Shown one piece after another: positions 39,359 to 48,653 of a stretch of DNA of 60,463 nt; the stretch's first letter is position 1, and the number at the start of each line of letters is the position of its first letter. The DNA is from a virus (lineage: Duplodnaviria > Caudoviricetes). The DNA lies in the IMG/VR virus record IMGVR_UViG_3300030450_002177, positions 1 to 60,463 of that record; one strand, given 5' to 3'. The notes below the pieces were generated by a model. That model made no database searches and was not told where the DNA came from. It saw only the letters and a program-made list of their open reading frames with translations. Position numbers and translations under genes: made by a program.

Positions 39359-39679
39359 ATGACCACATCTTATATAAAAGAAGCAATACAAAAGTTGCGA
39401 GAAGAAAAAAAACTGGCTAGACAGGCTGAGATAAAAGAAGCAGAAGCTAAAGCTCTTGAAGAAGAGAAAAGAAAAAAAGCTTCTGACAAAAGAATAGCAG
39501 CGAAACAAGCTATCATTGACGCTGGTGGTGTTGTGCCAAATCCAGAGCCAGTCGCTAGTGAAGTAAATGAGGTTGAGGTTGAGGTTGTGGAAGAAAAACC
39601 AAAAGTCAAAAAGAAGAAATCAACCAAAACAGCCACTAAAAAAAGGGGCAGACCTAAAGGTTCTAAAAACAAAAAATAG
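39359..39679 (+). CDS. charged protein with AT-hook-like KRGRPK
   Basis: sequence composition, operon context. Confidence 0.6.
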   Translation: MTTSYIKEAIQKLREEKKLARQAEIKEAEAKALEEEKRKKASDKRIAAKQAIIDAGGVVPNPEPVASEVNEVEVEVVEEKPKVKKKKSTKTATKKRGRPKGSKNKK

Positions 39680-39688
39680 GAGACAATT

Positions 39689-39871
39689 ATGCCTAAAGTT
39701 GGTGGAAAACATTACGAATACAGCCCAAAGGGTATTGCCATGGCAAAAAAAGCTGCTAAGAAAAAAGGAGTTAAAGTGCAATATAAATCTATTGGTGGTG
39801 AAATTAAAGTTGTTAAATGTCGTGGTGGTGGGGCTGCTAAACAAGGTTTAGAGTTTAAGATGAAATCATAA
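39689..39871 (+). CDS. small basic head-module protein (GG and RGxGAAxxG motifs)
   Basis: AGGAG SD; YKSIGG, RGGGAAKQGLEF. Confidence 0.65.
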   Translation: MPKVGGKHYEYSPKGIAMAKKAAKKKGVKVQYKSIGGEIKVVKCRGGGAAKQGLEFKMKS

Positions 39872-40059
39872 TGGACTCTATAGATTTTGCAGAAAAGCTA
39901 GGAAAAGAGCTTAAAAAAAAGGAAGACCAAGTTGCAGAAACTTATATGTCAGGAGCTCTAAAAGATATAGAGCACCATAAATACTTGCAAGGACAATTAG
40001 AAGCTATATACTTTATACAAGATTTTATAAAAAATTACTTTAAGGTAGACAATGAGTGA
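39871..40059 (+). CDS. hypothetical protein upstream of GroES
   Basis: TAATG coupling. Confidence 0.65.
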   Translation: MDSIDFAEKLGKELKKKEDQVAETYMSGALKDIEHHKYLQGQLEAIYFIQDFIKNYFKVDNE

Positions 40060-40495
40060 GCTTGAAATAGCAAAAAATTCAAAGGATCAGGTCGATTTAT
40101 CTTCTGCGTATGTAAGTCCAGAAGAGGTTGTACTAGACCCTACAAAGTTAGATGCTAGTGCTTTAGATCGTATGCCTCAACCAACAGGTTGGAAAATCTT
40201 AGTGCTCCCTTATCGTGGTAAGGGCGTTACGAAAGGTGGAATTGTCTTAACAAAAGAAGCAGTTGATAAAGAATCGCTGGCGACAGTGGTTGCTTATGTG
40301 GTTAAAAAAGGACCACTTTGTTATGGTGATGAAGCAAAATATGGAGCTCCTTGGTGCGAAGAAAAGCAGTGGGTACTTATTGGAAGGTACGCTGGAGCTA
40401 GGTTTAAATTAGATGACGGGGCAGAAGTTAGAATCATTAATGACGATGAAGTTATAGGTACAATTTCTAATCCAGATGATATAGTGAGTTTATAA
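40052..40495 (+). CDS. groES: co-chaperonin GroES/Cpn10-like
   Basis: PTGWKILV, TKGGI.L, RYAG, RIINDDEV. Confidence 0.85.
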   Translation: MSELEIAKNSKDQVDLSSAYVSPEEVVLDPTKLDASALDRMPQPTGWKILVLPYRGKGVTKGGIVLTKEAVDKESLATVVAYVVKKGPLCYGDEAKYGAPWCEEKQWVLIGRYAGARFKLDDGAEVRIINDDEVIGTISNPDDIVSL

Positions 40496-41430
40496 TGAGT
40501 GAAAATCAAACAGAAATGGCTGAAGAGCAAGAATTAGATATACAGGTAGTCGAAGATGTCGAAAATGTCGAAGAAAAGCCTGCTGAAAGCGAGGTTCAAT
40601 CTGATGACGAATTGGATAAATATACTAAAAGCGTTTCTAAAAGAATTAACAAACTAAATGCGAGAACTAGAGAAGCTGAAGAAAAAGCAGCTATGTTAGA
40701 GCAAAGTTTAGCTCAAAAAGAGCAAGAGGCTGCTCTTTACAAAAATGACTGGCACCAGACTAGGAACCAGCTTATGCAGGCAGAAGAGAGCTCATTAGAA
40801 ATAAAAGAACAACAAGCTGATGAACTTTATAAAAGAGCCGTTGAGTCTGGTGATGCTGAATTGATGTCAAAAGCAGATACGCTTAAAAGTGACCTTTCTA
40901 TACAGAAAGAGAAAATCAGATTAGCAAAAAATAGAAGGGATGCTGAACAGTCACAGGTTACACAACAGCCAGTATATCAGCAACAAGCAGTACAACAAGA
41001 AGTTAAACCCTCAGAGGAAGCCTTAGATTGGGCTAGTAACAATAAATGGTATGGGGATTCTTCTAACGACACGAACAAAGAAGCAACACAGTTTGCTTAT
41101 TTCACACACTTTAATCTCGTTAATGAAGGTTACGAGCCTGATTCTGACGATTATTATAGTGAGCTAAACACAAGAGTTTTTAAAGTTTACCCTGATTTGG
41201 GTACTTCAAAAAAAGCCGAAGAAAATGATGAAAGACCCCCTGTGCAAAGAGTCGCATCAGCTTCCGTAGGAAGTAGGCAAAAAACACAAGGCAAAAATAA
41301 CGGCGTGACTTTTTCAAAGTCTGAGTTAGATCGCCTACGAGGGCTAAAACCTTACAACATGTCTGAAGAAGATTGGTTGAAAAGAGTAGCTAAAGAGAAA
41401 CAAAAAATTTCACAAAGAGAGGCAAGATAA
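40495..41430 (+). CDS. capsid scaffolding protein
   Basis: acidic coiled coil, KRINKL, W...N.W; position before capsid. Confidence 0.7.
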   Translation: MSENQTEMAEEQELDIQVVEDVENVEEKPAESEVQSDDELDKYTKSVSKRINKLNARTREAEEKAAMLEQSLAQKEQEAALYKNDWHQTRNQLMQAEESSLEIKEQQADELYKRAVESGDAELMSKADTLKSDLSIQKEKIRLAKNRRDAEQSQVTQQPVYQQQAVQQEVKPSEEALDWASNNKWYGDSSNDTNKEATQFAYFTHFNLVNEGYEPDSDDYYSELNTRVFKVYPDLGTSKKAEENDERPPVQRVASASVGSRQKTQGKNNGVTFSKSELDRLRGLKPYNMSEEDWLKRVAKEKQKISQREAR

Positions 41431-41903
41431 TGGCAGATAAAGATATAGATACAGCTAGACACACTCGTGATTCCGAGACACACGATAAAGAAGCTCGTAG
41501 AACACCATGGAGACCAGTTAAGAAGCTGGAGACACCTGAACCACCTGAAGGTTATGTCTACAGATGGATTAGGGAGTCTTTCTTAGGTCAAGAAGATGCA
41601 AATAACGTAAGTTATAGACTTCGTGAAGGTTGGGAGCTTGTACAAGGTTCTGAACTTCCAGATGGTTGGCAACTTCCTACTATAGAAAAAGGCAGATTAG
41701 CTGGTGTTGTACATAATGAGGGACTTATTTTAGCAAAAATGCCCATAGAGACTGTTGAAGAGCGTAGAAGGTATTATGAGGACACAACTCGTAAAGCTAA
41801 CGAAGCGTTAGATAACACAATGTTTAACGATAGCGCACAAGACAACCGATATGTTAAGTATGATTCTAAAAGAGAAACTCAAGTTACTTTTGGAAAAAAG
41901 TAA
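41430..41903 (+). CDS. head-module protein
   Basis: PPEGYVYRWIR...REGWE. Confidence 0.7.
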   Translation: MADKDIDTARHTRDSETHDKEARRTPWRPVKKLETPEPPEGYVYRWIRESFLGQEDANNVSYRLREGWELVQGSELPDGWQLPTIEKGRLAGVVHNEGLILAKMPIETVEERRRYYEDTTRKANEALDNTMFNDSAQDNRYVKYDSKRETQVTFGKK

Positions 41904-41926
41904 TTTAATTAAACAGGAAAACAAAA

Positions 41927-42511
41927 ATGGCTAATAAAGATTCAGCATTTGGCTTAAAACCTGTTCGTATGATGAGTGGAGCACCCTATTCTGGAGGACA
42001 ATCCAGATATAGAATAGCTAGTGGGGCAACTACACCTATATACCAAGGCGACTTAGTTACACAACTAACAGCTGGCGTACTAGGTAGACATGCTGCTACT
42101 GGAACTGTTCCTATCGTGGGTGTGTTTAATGGCGTAAGCTATACTAACTCTGAAGGCGAACAAGTTTTTAAAAACTATTATCCGGGCAGTATTACTGCTT
42201 CTGATATTATCGCAAATGTAATAGATGATCCTAACGTAGTCTTTGAAGTACAAGCAGACGACACTTTTCCAGTCGCCGATCTGTTTGGAAACTTTGACAT
42301 TGTTGATGGTTCACCTGTTGGCGATACGAGCTCTGGACAATCTAATACTGAGCTAGATGTAACTACTGGCGCTACGACAGCTACGTTACCACTCAAAGCA
42401 TTAGATATATCACAGGACCCCGATAACTCAGACGTAGCTTCAGCTAACACCAATGTCATGTGTGTGATTCAAAACCACATTATGGGACAAAAGGGTGCTG
42501 GACTAGCATAA
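41927..42511 (+). CDS. capsid decoration/minor capsid protein
   Basis: MANxDxxFGLKP, beta-rich; directly upstream of MCP. Confidence 0.65.
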   Translation: MANKDSAFGLKPVRMMSGAPYSGGQSRYRIASGATTPIYQGDLVTQLTAGVLGRHAATGTVPIVGVFNGVSYTNSEGEQVFKNYYPGSITASDIIANVIDDPNVVFEVQADDTFPVADLFGNFDIVDGSPVGDTSSGQSNTELDVTTGATTATLPLKALDISQDPDNSDVASANTNVMCVIQNHIMGQKGAGLA

Positions 42512-42522
42512 GGTAGGTAAAC

Positions 42523-43440
42523 ATGGCAATTTCAAGAGCACAATTAGCTGCCGAATTAGAACCGGGATTAAACAGTTTATTTGGAATGGAGTACGATCAG
42601 TACGACAAAGAATATTCTGAAATCTTCTCAATCGAAGACTCATCAAAAGCCTTTGAAGAAGAAGTATTAATCGTTGGGTTTGGTTCTGCACCAACTAAGT
42701 CTGAAGGTCAAGGTGTTGTTTTTGACAACGCTACTGAAAGTTACACTGCAAGATATACGCATGACACGATTGCGTTGGCTTTTGCACTAACTGAAGAAGC
42801 AGTTGAAGATAACCTTTATGATTCTTTAGGAAAGAGATATACAAAAGCACTAGCACGTTCTATGGCTAACACCAAAGAAGTGAAAGGAGCTAATGTACTT
42901 AATAACGCTTTCTCTACCAGTTTCACTGGTGGCGATGGAAAACCTTTAATCGCAACAGACCACCCTCTTTCTGGTGGTGGTACAGCTGCGAATAGAGCTA
43001 CTTCTATGGCTGACCTTAATGAAACTTCATTAGAGGATGCGCTTATTGACATATCTACATTTACAGACGATAGAGGTCTGACAATATCCGTTAACGCATC
43101 GAAACTTGTGGTTCCACCACAACTTACTTTTGTTGCTGACAGAATATTGAACAGCACTCAGCGTTCAGGAACGGCAGATAACGACATTAACGCTATCAAA
43201 AACACAGGGGTGTTACCCGGTGGCTATACTGTCAATCATTATCTGACTGACCCAGACGCTTTCTTCTTACTGACATCTGTTACAGATCAAGGTGAGGGAC
43301 TGAAAATGTTTCAAAGAACAGGTATGGAAACAAACATGGAACCTGATTTCTCTACTGGTAACATACGTTACAAGGCAAGAGAAAGATACAGCTTCGGTTT
43401 TTCAAACTGGAGAGGTGTTTACGGTTCTCAGGGAGCTTAA
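42523..43440 (+). CDS. major capsid protein
   Basis: MAISRAQL..ELEPGLN.LFG; KARERYSFG..WRG; followed by strong terminator. Confidence 0.88.
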   Translation: MAISRAQLAAELEPGLNSLFGMEYDQYDKEYSEIFSIEDSSKAFEEEVLIVGFGSAPTKSEGQGVVFDNATESYTARYTHDTIALAFALTEEAVEDNLYDSLGKRYTKALARSMANTKEVKGANVLNNAFSTSFTGGDGKPLIATDHPLSGGGTAANRATSMADLNETSLEDALIDISTFTDDRGLTISVNASKLVVPPQLTFVADRILNSTQRSGTADNDINAIKNTGVLPGGYTVNHYLTDPDAFFLLTSVTDQGEGLKMFQRTGMETNMEPDFSTGNIRYKARERYSFGFSNWRGVYGSQGA

Positions 43441-43483
43441 TGAACGAATAGAAATACCGTTTATAACTCAAGTATTTCAAAGA

Positions 43484-43511
43484 AAGGGCAACTTCGGTTG
43501 CCTTTTTTTTT
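43484..43511 (+). terminator. intrinsic terminator after MCP
   Basis: AAGGGCAAC-TTCG-GTTGCCTTT + T-run. Confidence 0.88.
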
Positions 43512-43540
43512 GGTCTAAATTTATTGAAATAATATGTATA

Positions 43541-43615
43541 AAAAGTTGTACATTTTTATAAATATATGTATAATGGACATGTGGAGATGATAAATAACAA
43601 TAAAAAGGAGAAAAA
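43541..43615 (+). promoter_or_regulatory. early promoter/leader copy C
   Basis: TTGTAC(43546)-17-TATAAT(43569), leader GTGGAGATGATAAA, AGGAG SD. Confidence 0.85.
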
Positions 43616-43795
43616 ATGAAAAGAAAATATAGAGAGTACAAAGGCATAAAAATTGAGTGTCAAATGACACCAAAGGGTTTTGACAGTGACTACTATAATG
43701 TTATGTATGTTTACAGATTGAATGGTGGTTTAAACGTCAGCCATAAACTTAAAGATGCCAAAGCTAGAATTGACAGATTTGTGGAGAAGGCGTAA
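43616..43795 (+). CDS. small early protein (59 aa, not in track)
   Basis: SD, first ORF behind promoter C. Confidence 0.7.
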   Translation: MKRKYREYKGIKIECQMTPKGFDSDYYNVMYVYRLNGGLNVSHKLKDAKARIDRFVEKA

Positions 43796-43917
43796 TGAGT
43801 AAATTTGCAATTACTTTCCGTCCTTGCGAGGTATGTGAGAATCCGTATGTTGAATACGTTAATGGTGAAACTTGTGGTTGTGAAGTTTGCCATGAAGGTT
43901 ACATGAATCAAGAATAG
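43795..43917 (+). CDS. small Cys-rich protein (40 aa, not in track)
   Basis: TAATG coupling; CxxC...CxCxxC. Confidence 0.55.
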   Translation: MSKFAITFRPCEVCENPYVEYVNGETCGCEVCHEGYMNQE

Positions 43918-43926
43918 GAGAAAAAA

Positions 43927-44262
43927 GTGAAAAATTTACTTAAAGAAATCAAGGAAGCTAAGAAAGAAGCTAAAAACAAAACTCTTAAATACGCTAAATG
44001 TGCTTTTGGTCAAGGCTGGGAAATTATACAAAGAGATAATTCGGGCAGAGAAGAAGAGCTAGCGTCTTTTGAAAGTGGCGAGCCTATTACTCTTAAAGCA
44101 ATTAAGGAAGTAACAGATTCCAATAGAACCTTAACTGCTAAAGAAATTTGGATTGAAGGGAGATATGTTGGAGCTAAAAACCTTTATGATTATATAAATA
44201 ATGAAGATTATATAGACAACGTAAATTATTGGGAAGTTGATCTTCTAAAGGAGGTAGAGTAA
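43927..44262 (+). CDS. hypothetical early protein
   Basis: AGGAG SD. Confidence 0.7.
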   Translation: MKNLLKEIKEAKKEAKNKTLKYAKCAFGQGWEIIQRDNSGREEELASFESGEPITLKAIKEVTDSNRTLTAKEIWIEGRYVGAKNLYDYINNEDYIDNVNYWEVDLLKEVE

Positions 44263-45089
44263 TGATAACTGGCTTGGGCAAAAGATATTACTACATAGGT
44301 TCTGGTTATGAGAACAAAATGTATACCCTTAGAGATTACGTTTCCTATACTAATGGCGAAACTTCTAGTGAAAGCGATAGGCACATGTTAAACCTTTCTA
44401 CTGATTATGAAGAGGCTTACAAAAAAGCCAAAATCTATGCCGAAAGGGATGATGTAACATTGCGTGCTTCTAAGGTTGATAATTTTGCACCTCTTGATCC
44501 AATCATTAGAAAAAGAAAAAGAAGCGCTGAGGAAATAGAAAAGGCTAAAATTGACTTGCAAATAGCAGTTGATGATTTTTTGCAAGCCAACCCGATCTTA
44601 GCACAGAACTTTGAAACTTATGGTGATGCAGATATTGAGGTGAAAAGAGAAATAGGTTTTGCTTTCTATGACATTAAAGACAAGCTTTATAAGTATGGCA
44701 ATCTGTCTGAAGCACAAGTAGATTTTTGTCTTAAAATGGTAGACAGCTATATTACCAGAAAAGAAAATGCAAAAGTATGGGCAGAAGAAAAAGCTGATGC
44801 AGAGCCAGTACCTGTGACTGAAGAAAGAATACAATTTACTGGAGAGGTTATAAAAACTGCATGGAAAGATTACACTTTGCCTAACGGTATGCCAACAAGC
44901 TCACAAAAATGCACTGTTAAAGATGACAGAGGTTTTGTGGTTTGGGGTGGTAATGTAGGTGAAAAGGGTGACAGGGTTACTTTCATGGCTAGAGTAACCG
45001 TTTCAGACAATGACCCTAAATTTGGCTTTTACAAAAGACCTACCAAAATACAACAAATTGAAAAAGCTGGAGTAGAAAACAATGGCTAA
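44262..45089 (+). CDS. early protein with C-terminal OB-fold-like domain
   Basis: YGNLSxxQ; R..F.G.V, DDRGF.VWG, GFYKRPTK. Confidence 0.65.
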   Translation: MITGLGKRYYYIGSGYENKMYTLRDYVSYTNGETSSESDRHMLNLSTDYEEAYKKAKIYAERDDVTLRASKVDNFAPLDPIIRKRKRSAEEIEKAKIDLQIAVDDFLQANPILAQNFETYGDADIEVKREIGFAFYDIKDKLYKYGNLSEAQVDFCLKMVDSYITRKENAKVWAEEKADAEPVPVTEERIQFTGEVIKTAWKDYTLPNGMPTSSQKCTVKDDRGFVVWGGNVGEKGDRVTFMARVTVSDNDPKFGFYKRPTKIQQIEKAGVENNG

Positions 45090-45633
45090 CAAACCAAAAA
45101 AAATAGAGAAGGAGAAAGAAATGCAAAATTTTATTTTTGAATCAAGAAGTGATACTTTTTTTGAATCAGATTACAACGATTATGGAATACGTTGTGAAAT
45201 CACTGTTCTAGGTGAAGAAAAATATAGGGTTGAACTTATAGGTCTTGACTGCGAAGTGATTAAGTGTTTTACCTGTAAAACAACTGACGAATGTAAAACT
45301 GAAGCTTATGAAGAAGCTAAATTCCTGAAGGAAATGAATGAAGTGACTTGTGGTAATCTTACAGTAGATGATTACGAATTACATCATTCATGGTGTTATG
45401 CCCATACTTCAGACATAGAGCGACTTAAAGAGATTTGTTCTAAGTATGATGACAATAAACATAAATGCGAATTAGAAAGTGCCTATGAATATGAAGATGA
45501 AAACAAAATATTAGATAAAAAAATTCGTGAGGATAAGTGGCAAGCTGATTTTGAAAAAATGCTGTCTTCTAAAAACATAAAAGAAATGAAGGTAAATGTA
45601 CTCAAAATGATTCAAGACCACAAAAAAAATTAA
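45082..45633 (+). CDS. hypothetical early protein
   Basis: ORF; alternative start 45121 has AGGAG SD. Confidence 0.65.
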   Translation: MANKPKKIEKEKEMQNFIFESRSDTFFESDYNDYGIRCEITVLGEEKYRVELIGLDCEVIKCFTCKTTDECKTEAYEEAKFLKEMNEVTCGNLTVDDYELHHSWCYAHTSDIERLKEICSKYDDNKHKCELESAYEYEDENKILDKKIREDKWQADFEKMLSSKNIKEMKVNVLKMIQDHKKN

Positions 45634-45638
45634 TTATA

Positions 45639-45654
45639 TGTTTCACGTGAAACA
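45639..45654. promoter_or_regulatory. parS: parS-type palindrome TGTTTCACGTGAAACA (copy 2)
   Basis: identical to 21232-21247; palindrome extends to 22 bp (45636-45657); intergenic. Confidence 0.75.
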
Positions 45655-45686
45655 TATCTAAAATATACAAATAAAACGAGGTATTT

Positions 45687-45830
45687 ATGAAATTAAAAAA
45701 ATTTAGTCACAGAGGTGGAATAGTGGGCAGAAGAACTAGAGCCTTAGAAAGATTAGAAAAAATTGTAGAACCAACTGAACTGCAACAATATCAAATTGTA
45801 ATTTTAAAGAAAAAACTTCAAGTAAAATAA
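45687..45830 (+). CDS. small basic protein (47 aa, not in track)
   Basis: GAGG SD. Confidence 0.5.
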   Translation: MKLKKFSHRGGIVGRRTRALERLEKIVEPTELQQYQIVILKKKLQVK

Positions 45831-45841
45831 CAAATCTAAAT

Positions 45842-45890
45842 TTGCTAATTTGAAGCCCTAGTAGTATGATTTTACTACTAGGGTTTTTTT
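45842..45890 (+). terminator. terminator hairpin overlapping a promoter
   Basis: CCCTAGTAGTA/TACTACTAGGG + T-run; TTGCTA-17-TATGAT with the -10 in the loop. Confidence 0.65.
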
Positions 45891-45959
45891 ATTTTTGAAC
45901 CTATTGACTGACCTAGCAGACAAGCCAAGACAATAGGGGAATTTCCAAAGGAGGAAATT

Positions 45960-46517
45960 ATGGCAAACTCAACATTTAATGGACCAGTTAGGTCTGAAAA
46001 CGGCTTTGAGCAGATTACTGTTACAGCCAAAACGGGAGCAGTTACCACAAATCTCGATATTGATAGCAGTGGTAATTTAGTTACCACAGGGTATGTGTCT
46101 TCTTACGATAATGTTGTATCTATTACTGATGCTACTTATACAGTCGCTACTACTCAATCTGGTGCAGTTTTTGACTTAAATCGTGCTGCTGGAATTGTAG
46201 TAACACTACCTAGTGCAGCAGCTGGTCTTAACTATACATTTATAGTTGGAACAACTTTCACAGGCGCAGGGCAAATTAATACTGGAGCTACAGATGATCT
46301 ATATTCTGGTTTTGCTCATATATTTGACCCAGCAACTGCAACAGATATGAATACATTTATTCCTGACGCTAGTAATGATGATACTATTGATTTAGGATCA
46401 GCAGCACAAGGTTGGCTAGTAGGTGGAATTATCCGTTTGAAAGCAACATCAGCAGCAGTATGGCATTGTGAAGCATATCTTCATGGTGACGGTACACTAG
46501 CTACTCCATTTGAGTAA
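45960..46517 (+). CDS. virion structural protein (head fibre/decoration-like)
   Basis: MANSTFNGPVRSENGF N-terminus; VTLPxAxxGLxYxF. Confidence 0.7.
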   Translation: MANSTFNGPVRSENGFEQITVTAKTGAVTTNLDIDSSGNLVTTGYVSSYDNVVSITDATYTVATTQSGAVFDLNRAAGIVVTLPSAAAGLNYTFIVGTTFTGAGQINTGATDDLYSGFAHIFDPATATDMNTFIPDASNDDTIDLGSAAQGWLVGGIIRLKATSAAVWHCEAYLHGDGTLATPFE

Positions 46518-46529
46518 GGAGAATAAACG

Positions 46530-46937
46530 ATGGCTGATACAGTAACTTCGCAAACAATACAAGATGGCGAAAGAGTAGCTGTTATGAGATTTACCAATGT
46601 CAGTGATGGCACAGGTGAATCTGCTGTAAAAAAAGTCGATGTTTCGGCTTTAAACAGCAACTCAGCTGGTGTCGCTTGTAGTTCAGTTGATATACAGAGA
46701 GTTTGGTGGGCAACCGTTGGAATGAGTCTCAAAATAGATTTTGATGCTTCAACCAATGTTTTGGCTATTAATCTCCCAGCAGATTCAACTGGTGATGAAT
46801 ACTATGATGATTTTGGAGCGATCCCTAATAACGCTGCTGCCAGTGGTTTTACAGGTGATTTAGATTTCACCACACTGGGTCATAGTAGTGGCGACACCTA
46901 TATGGTAGTGCTAAAATTAATCAAGAAATATGGTTAA
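46530..46937 (+). CDS. virion structural protein
   Basis: AGGAG SD; structural operon. Confidence 0.6.
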   Translation: MADTVTSQTIQDGERVAVMRFTNVSDGTGESAVKKVDVSALNSNSAGVACSSVDIQRVWWATVGMSLKIDFDASTNVLAINLPADSTGDEYYDDFGAIPNNAAASGFTGDLDFTTLGHSSGDTYMVVLKLIKKYG

Positions 46938-46996
46938 TACTACATAATTGAGTAGCCTGTTTCTCGAGGCAGGCTACTTAAATTACAGGAGAAAAA

Positions 46997-47692
46997 TTGG
47001 CAACATCAAATAGTAAAAACTTTGAACCTGACGTTGGCGAATTTGTAGAAGAAGCCTTTGAGCGTTGTGGTTTAGAGCTTCGTACAGGGTATGATCTTAA
47101 AACTTCACAAAGAAGTCTTAACCTTTTATTGGCAGAATGGTCTAACAGAGGTCTAAATCAATGGACCATTACACAGAAAACTGTTGCTATGGTTAATGGG
47201 ACTTCGGCTTATAACATTGATTCTACTAACTCTACAGCTCCAATCGATGTTTTAGACTGTTTTATAAGAGAAACAGTTAATAGCAAAGATTCTGATATGT
47301 CAGTTACTAGAATAAGCAGGGCTCAATACGCAGCTATACCAAATAAAGGTGATACTGGTAAACCTAATCAATTTTTTGTAGACAAACAATTAACACCAAC
47401 CGTTACGGTTTATCCGACCCCAGATAAATCAAGCACCTACACACTCTATATGAATGTATTAACAAGGATGGATGATGCAGATGTAGGTGCTAACACAATG
47501 GATATGCCGTATCGGTTCTATCCGTGCCTAGCAGCTGGCTTGGCATATTACATTTCATTAAAAAAGGCTCCAGAAAGAACGGCTATGCTCAAACAACTTT
47601 ATGAAGAGGAGTTTCAAAGAGCAATGACACAAGACGAAGAAAGAGCGTCTTTTCATATTAGCCCTGATCTTAGGAGTTACGATATAGCTTAA
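46997..47692 (+). CDS. head-tail adaptor/tail tubular-like protein
   Basis: EEAFERCG, EWxNRG..W, PxPD, LAYY. Confidence 0.65.
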   Translation: MATSNSKNFEPDVGEFVEEAFERCGLELRTGYDLKTSQRSLNLLLAEWSNRGLNQWTITQKTVAMVNGTSAYNIDSTNSTAPIDVLDCFIRETVNSKDSDMSVTRISRAQYAAIPNKGDTGKPNQFFVDKQLTPTVTVYPTPDKSSTYTLYMNVLTRMDDADVGANTMDMPYRFYPCLAAGLAYYISLKKAPERTAMLKQLYEEEFQRAMTQDEERASFHISPDLRSYDIA

Positions 47693-48009
47693 TGTCTACC
47701 TACGCAAGCAACAAGAACGCATACGGTATCTGTGATGTAACAGGTTTTCGCTATAAGCTAAAAGACATGAAAAGGACTTGGAATGGTCTTATCGTTGGTC
47801 CAGACCAGTTTGATCCTAAGCATCCTCAATTAGACCCCAGAATACCTCCAGTTGATGGCGAAGCCATAAAAGATGCTAGACCAGACACAAGTGACGATAA
47901 TAACTTTTTTACAGTTTACACAAACGTAGGTTTAGGTAAATTGGGCAAACAACTAACCACCTACGAGATTGCCTGTGAGGTTGGTTCTGTTAATATAACA
48001 ACAACATGA
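47692..48009 (+). CDS. structural-module protein (CD.xGF...KHPQL)
   Basis: coupled ORF. Confidence 0.6.
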   Translation: MSTYASNKNAYGICDVTGFRYKLKDMKRTWNGLIVGPDQFDPKHPQLDPRIPPVDGEAIKDARPDTSDDNNFFTVYTNVGLGKLGKQLTTYEIACEVGSVNITTT

Positions 48010-48653
48010 GTTTTACATACAGCACATTAAAAACAGCTATAGGTGATTATTTAGAGTCAAGCGAGTCTACGTTTACAACAAATTTGCCTACTTTTATAAC
48101 TGAGTCTGAAGATAGAATTTTAAGCCTTGTAGAGCTTCCAGATCAAAGAAAGAACGTAACTGGTACTACTTCTGCTAGTAACAGGTTTTTATCCTGTCCT
48201 AACGACTTTTTGGCTCCTATGAGCCTTGCTGTAGTGTCCAGCAATACATATACCTATTTAGACCTAAAACACGCTTCATTTTTGAAAGCATACAGCCCCA
48301 CAACAACGGTGGAAGGTCAACCTAAATATTATTCAATTTACAGTCAAGAATCTTTTGCACTTGCTCCTGTACCCGATGCAATTTATACAGTAGAATTACA
48401 TTACTTATATAAACCAGCTTCGATTACGAATGGTAGTGACAGTGGAACAACAGTTCTTGCAACAGATTATCCTGATGCCTTGCTATATGGTAGCTTGGTC
48501 GAGGGCGCAATTTTTCTTAAAGAACCATCCGATGTTATTGCCAATTTTGAAGCAAGATTCAAAGAGGCAATAATGAGAATAAAAAACACTTCAGAAGGAA
48601 GGGCGACAAGAGACGAATACAGATACGATAGTATTAGACAAAGAGTATCGTAA
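48006..48653 (+). CDS. adaptor/connector protein
   Basis: GxPKYY, APxPD, PDALLYGSLVE. Confidence 0.65.
   Translation: MSFTYSTLKTAIGDYLESSESTFTTNLPTFITESEDRILSLVELPDQRKNVTGTTSASNRFLSCPNDFLAPMSLAVVSSNTYTYLDLKHASFLKAYSPTTTVEGQPKYYSIYSQESFALAPVPDAIYTVELHYLYKPASITNGSDSGTTVLATDYPDALLYGSLVEGAIFLKEPSDVIANFEARFKEAIMRIKNTSEGRATRDEYRYDSIRQRVS

Noticed and set aside
46950-46979. GC-rich hairpin as a terminator
   Set aside because: No U-tract; may be a processing or stability hairpin; no target found for its loop
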